Part shown: in pieces, positions 18,466-20,000 of the stretch
How positions within the stretch are numbered: position 1 is the first letter of the stretch
Layout: every line of letters starts with the position of its first letter
Virus record (IMG/VR): IMGVR_UViG_3300047160_009670
From: an uncultured virus (IMG/VR IMGVR_UViG_3300047160_009670)
Lineage: Duplodnaviria; Heunggongvirae; Uroviricota; Caudoviricetes
Strand: one strand, 5' to 3'
DNA: 20,000 nt
Notes under the pieces: model-generated
The model's input: only the letters and a program-made list of their open reading frames with translations
The model's database searches: none
What the model was told of the DNA's origin: nothing
Position numbers and translations under genes: made by a program

Positions 18466-18537
18466 CGCCAAGGCGTTGCTCTCCCTTGGCGGTTCTGCTC
18501 CCCGGCCTGACGCTATGATGGCGCCGGGCCGGATTTT
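18466..18537 (+). ncRNA. Candidate ~70-nt structured small RNA or leader
   Basis: Hairpin 1: CGCCAAGG (18466-18473) pairs with CCTTGGCG (18484-18491) around a 10-nt loop. Hairpin 2 (18502-18532) is followed by ATTTT. It begins at the expected TSS of the promoter. Confidence 0.35.
18502..18537 (+). terminator. Putative intrinsic terminator
   Basis: CCGGCCTG-A-CGCTA/TGA/TGGCG-C-CGGGCCGG stem (13 pairs including 2 G-U, one mismatch) followed by a short ATTTT tract. Confidence 0.5.
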
Positions 18538-18567
18538 ACTTGATGCGATGGCCTGAAAGGGCAAGCC

Positions 18568-18801
18568 ATGAAGCGCTTGCGCTCTGCGTTGCTGGAATCG
18601 TTCCTGTGGACCGTCGCCCTGTCCGCGGGCTGCGCTGCCTACTGGAATGCGGCCTGTTCGGCCTACTACGCCCGCCTGTTCGTGGAACTGGCCAGGCCCG
18701 GGCCGAACCCCGACATGGTAACCGGACCCCAAATCCCGGGACCGGTCATCGATGAACGGAACGTCGTCATGGACCGGGGACGGAACCGGGAATGCCCGTA
18801 A
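18568..18801 (+). CDS. Small hypothetical protein with a hydrophobic N-terminal segment, 77 aa
   Basis: AAAGGG at 18556-18561 upstream of GCCATG; MKRLRSALLESFLWTVALSAGCAAYW; overlaps the next start. Confidence 0.5.
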   Translation: MKRLRSALLESFLWTVALSAGCAAYWNAACSAYYARLFVELARPGPNPDMVTGPQIPGPVIDERNVVMDRGRNRECP

Positions 18802-19526
18802 ACGTCATCGGCGTCATCCCCTGCCGGCTGGGGTCCAAACGCCTGCCGGGCAAGCCCCTACTGCGCGGTCGCGATGGCCGTACCATCCTGAACCATGTCT
18901 ACGACCGGGCCAAGGCGGCAACCAGCCTGGACCGCGTCATCGTCGCCTGCCCCCATGATGAACCGGATATCATGGATGAATGCCTGAATATCGGCGCCGG
19001 GTCCGCCTGGACGACGACCGGCAGCCTGCCGACTGGCCTGGACCGCATGGCGGCTGTCGTTCGTGACATGATAGATACATATATCTCAGTGGACATTCAA
19101 TGCGATCAGCCCGACCTGGACCCCGCCCATATCGACCGGGTCGTTACCATGCTGCAAGATTGCAACGGCCTGGACATGGCAACCCTGGGCGTCGAATGCC
19201 CCGGCAAGGACTTGTGGAACCCGGAAATCGTCAAGGTCGTACCGCCCAGCCCGACCTGGTTCGGACCTGCGTTGCCCCAGTTCCTGCGCGGGGCGCCCGT
19301 GCTCGCGCCAATGCAAAAGGCATATCGTCATATCGGTATATATGCCTACCGACGCGCGCCCCTACTGTACCTGGCCGCCATGCCGCAGACGTGGATCGAA
19401 CAGAAACACGAACTGGAACAACTGCGCGCGGTCGCGGCCTGTATGTCCATCGGCGTGGAAATCGTCGATGAAGCCGCGTATCCTATCGATACCCCCGATG
19501 CTTACCGGAAATGGGTACATGCATGA
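18792..19526 (+). CDS. kdsB: 3-deoxy-manno-octulosonate cytidylyltransferase (CMP-Kdo synthetase)-like, 244 aa
   Basis: VIPCRLGSKRLPGKPL, TGLDR, IQCDQP (canonical VQGDEP), MATL, NPEIVKVV, RHIGIYAYRR, LEQLRA, IDTPD: the full KdsB motif series in order. Confidence 0.9.
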   Translation: MPVNVIGVIPCRLGSKRLPGKPLLRGRDGRTILNHVYDRAKAATSLDRVIVACPHDEPDIMDECLNIGAGSAWTTTGSLPTGLDRMAAVVRDMIDTYISVDIQCDQPDLDPAHIDRVVTMLQDCNGLDMATLGVECPGKDLWNPEIVKVVPPSPTWFGPALPQFLRGAPVLAPMQKAYRHIGIYAYRRAPLLYLAAMPQTWIEQKHELEQLRAVAACMSIGVEIVDEAAYPIDTPDAYRKWVHA

Positions 19527-19828
19527 TGGACCAGATCGGCAACCTGTCGGGCCGGCCCGTGTTCGGGCATGTCAATGCGTGCCCGTATTGCGGCCACAAA
19601 CTAACCGCATCCACGAATGCCGGTCGCGATATCGACCCGCCTGACCCGGGCGCCTTTACCATCTGCGTCTACTGCGCGGAATTCGGCGTCTTTGATGATA
19701 ATATGAAAATACGCAAGCTGACGGCGACCGAACGAATCCTGATGAACCATGACCCGGCATTCAAAACCCTGCTAGCGATCCAGGACCGCATCCGTCAGGA
19801 ATTCGGCGGATCGGCCCGCAGGTCCTGA
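19523..19828 (+). CDS. Small zinc-ribbon-like hypothetical protein, ~101 aa
   Basis: ATGA overlap with the kdsB stop; CPYC...CVYC pair. Confidence 0.7.
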   Translation: MMDQIGNLSGRPVFGHVNACPYCGHKLTASTNAGRDIDPPDPGAFTICVYCAEFGVFDDNMKIRKLTATERILMNHDPAFKTLLAIQDRIRQEFGGSARRS

Positions 19829-20000
19829 TCCCTGGGCAGCGCCATCAGGAAATCAGGGATCAGTTCCCCATGCCCGCATTTGACATGCATCAGCGCGAAC
19901 ATCGGGCTTTCGCCGCGCGATGCCGCGTTCCGGGCCGCCTTTTGCAAGCAATGCAGTAAATAGCCCCGGTTGTCCGCGCTCAGAACAGGCGGCTGCCGGT
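19795..20000 (-). CDS. 3' end of a convergent hypothetical gene (starts beyond the window)
   Basis: One minus frame is open from 19998 (RQPPVLSADNRGYLLHCLQK...DPPNS*) to a TGA at 19797-19795, with GAA/CTG/CAT codon usage like the other genes. It overlaps the upstream gene end by 34 nt. Confidence 0.5.
   Translation of the reverse strand, partial: RQPPVLSADNRGYLLHCLQKAARNAASRGESPMFALMHVKCGHGELIPDFLMALPRDQDLRADPPNS

Larger units (their letters stand above)
1..20000. mobile_element. Tailed phage/prophage (or phage-derived particle) structural gene region
   Basis: Co-oriented, tightly coupled genes with fibre-type repeats, LamG/CBM/DUF4082-like domains lacking signal peptides, a DUF6171-like domain and many small hypotheticals. 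No housekeeping operon structure. Hallmark capsid/terminase genes are not in the window. Confidence 0.8.

Noticed and set aside
18461..18540. tRNA gene in the intergenic region
   Set aside because: No cloverleaf, no T-loop GTTCRA in a proper arm and no acceptor stem; only two independent hairpins.
18568..18801. Lipoprotein/spanin or holin call for the 77-aa ORF
   Set aside because: LSAGC is only a loose lipobox, the hydrophobic stretch contains a Glu, and no endolysin or partner gene is adjacent.
1..20000. Stop-codon reassignment as the cause of the odd codon usage
   Set aside because: TAA, TAG and TGA all end genes at tight junctions, and coding density is already near complete under the standard bacterial code.

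Overview
GC-rich tailed-phage or prophage structural region. About 21 tightly packed + strand genes run from a 5'-truncated ORF to 19828, followed by a convergent partial - strand ORF. The window encodes putative tail/tail-tip proteins (one with a CBM4/9-like domain, one with a 26-Cys C-terminus), repeat-rich fibre-like proteins, DUF4082-like and LamG domains, a clan GH-A-like glycoside hydrolase and several small virion-type proteins. No capsid, terminase, integrase or lysis gene is recognisable here. Highlights: (1) an apparent sugar-transfer pathway in and next to the tail module, made of a DUF6171/Maf(DUF115)-like fusion, a tandem GT2-GT2 protein and a KdsB-type CMP-Kdo synthetase, which suggests Kdo/ulosonate glycosylation of virion proteins; (2) extreme two-strand depletion of GAG/CTC (and GGTG/CACC), with one patch where it relaxes; (3) a gene that is a fusion of paralogs of two other genes in the window; (4) a sigma70 promoter followed by a two-hairpin, terminator-ended ~70-nt RNA. 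All family assignments come from motif recognition by eye, with no database search. A Planctomycetota-like host is only a guess.
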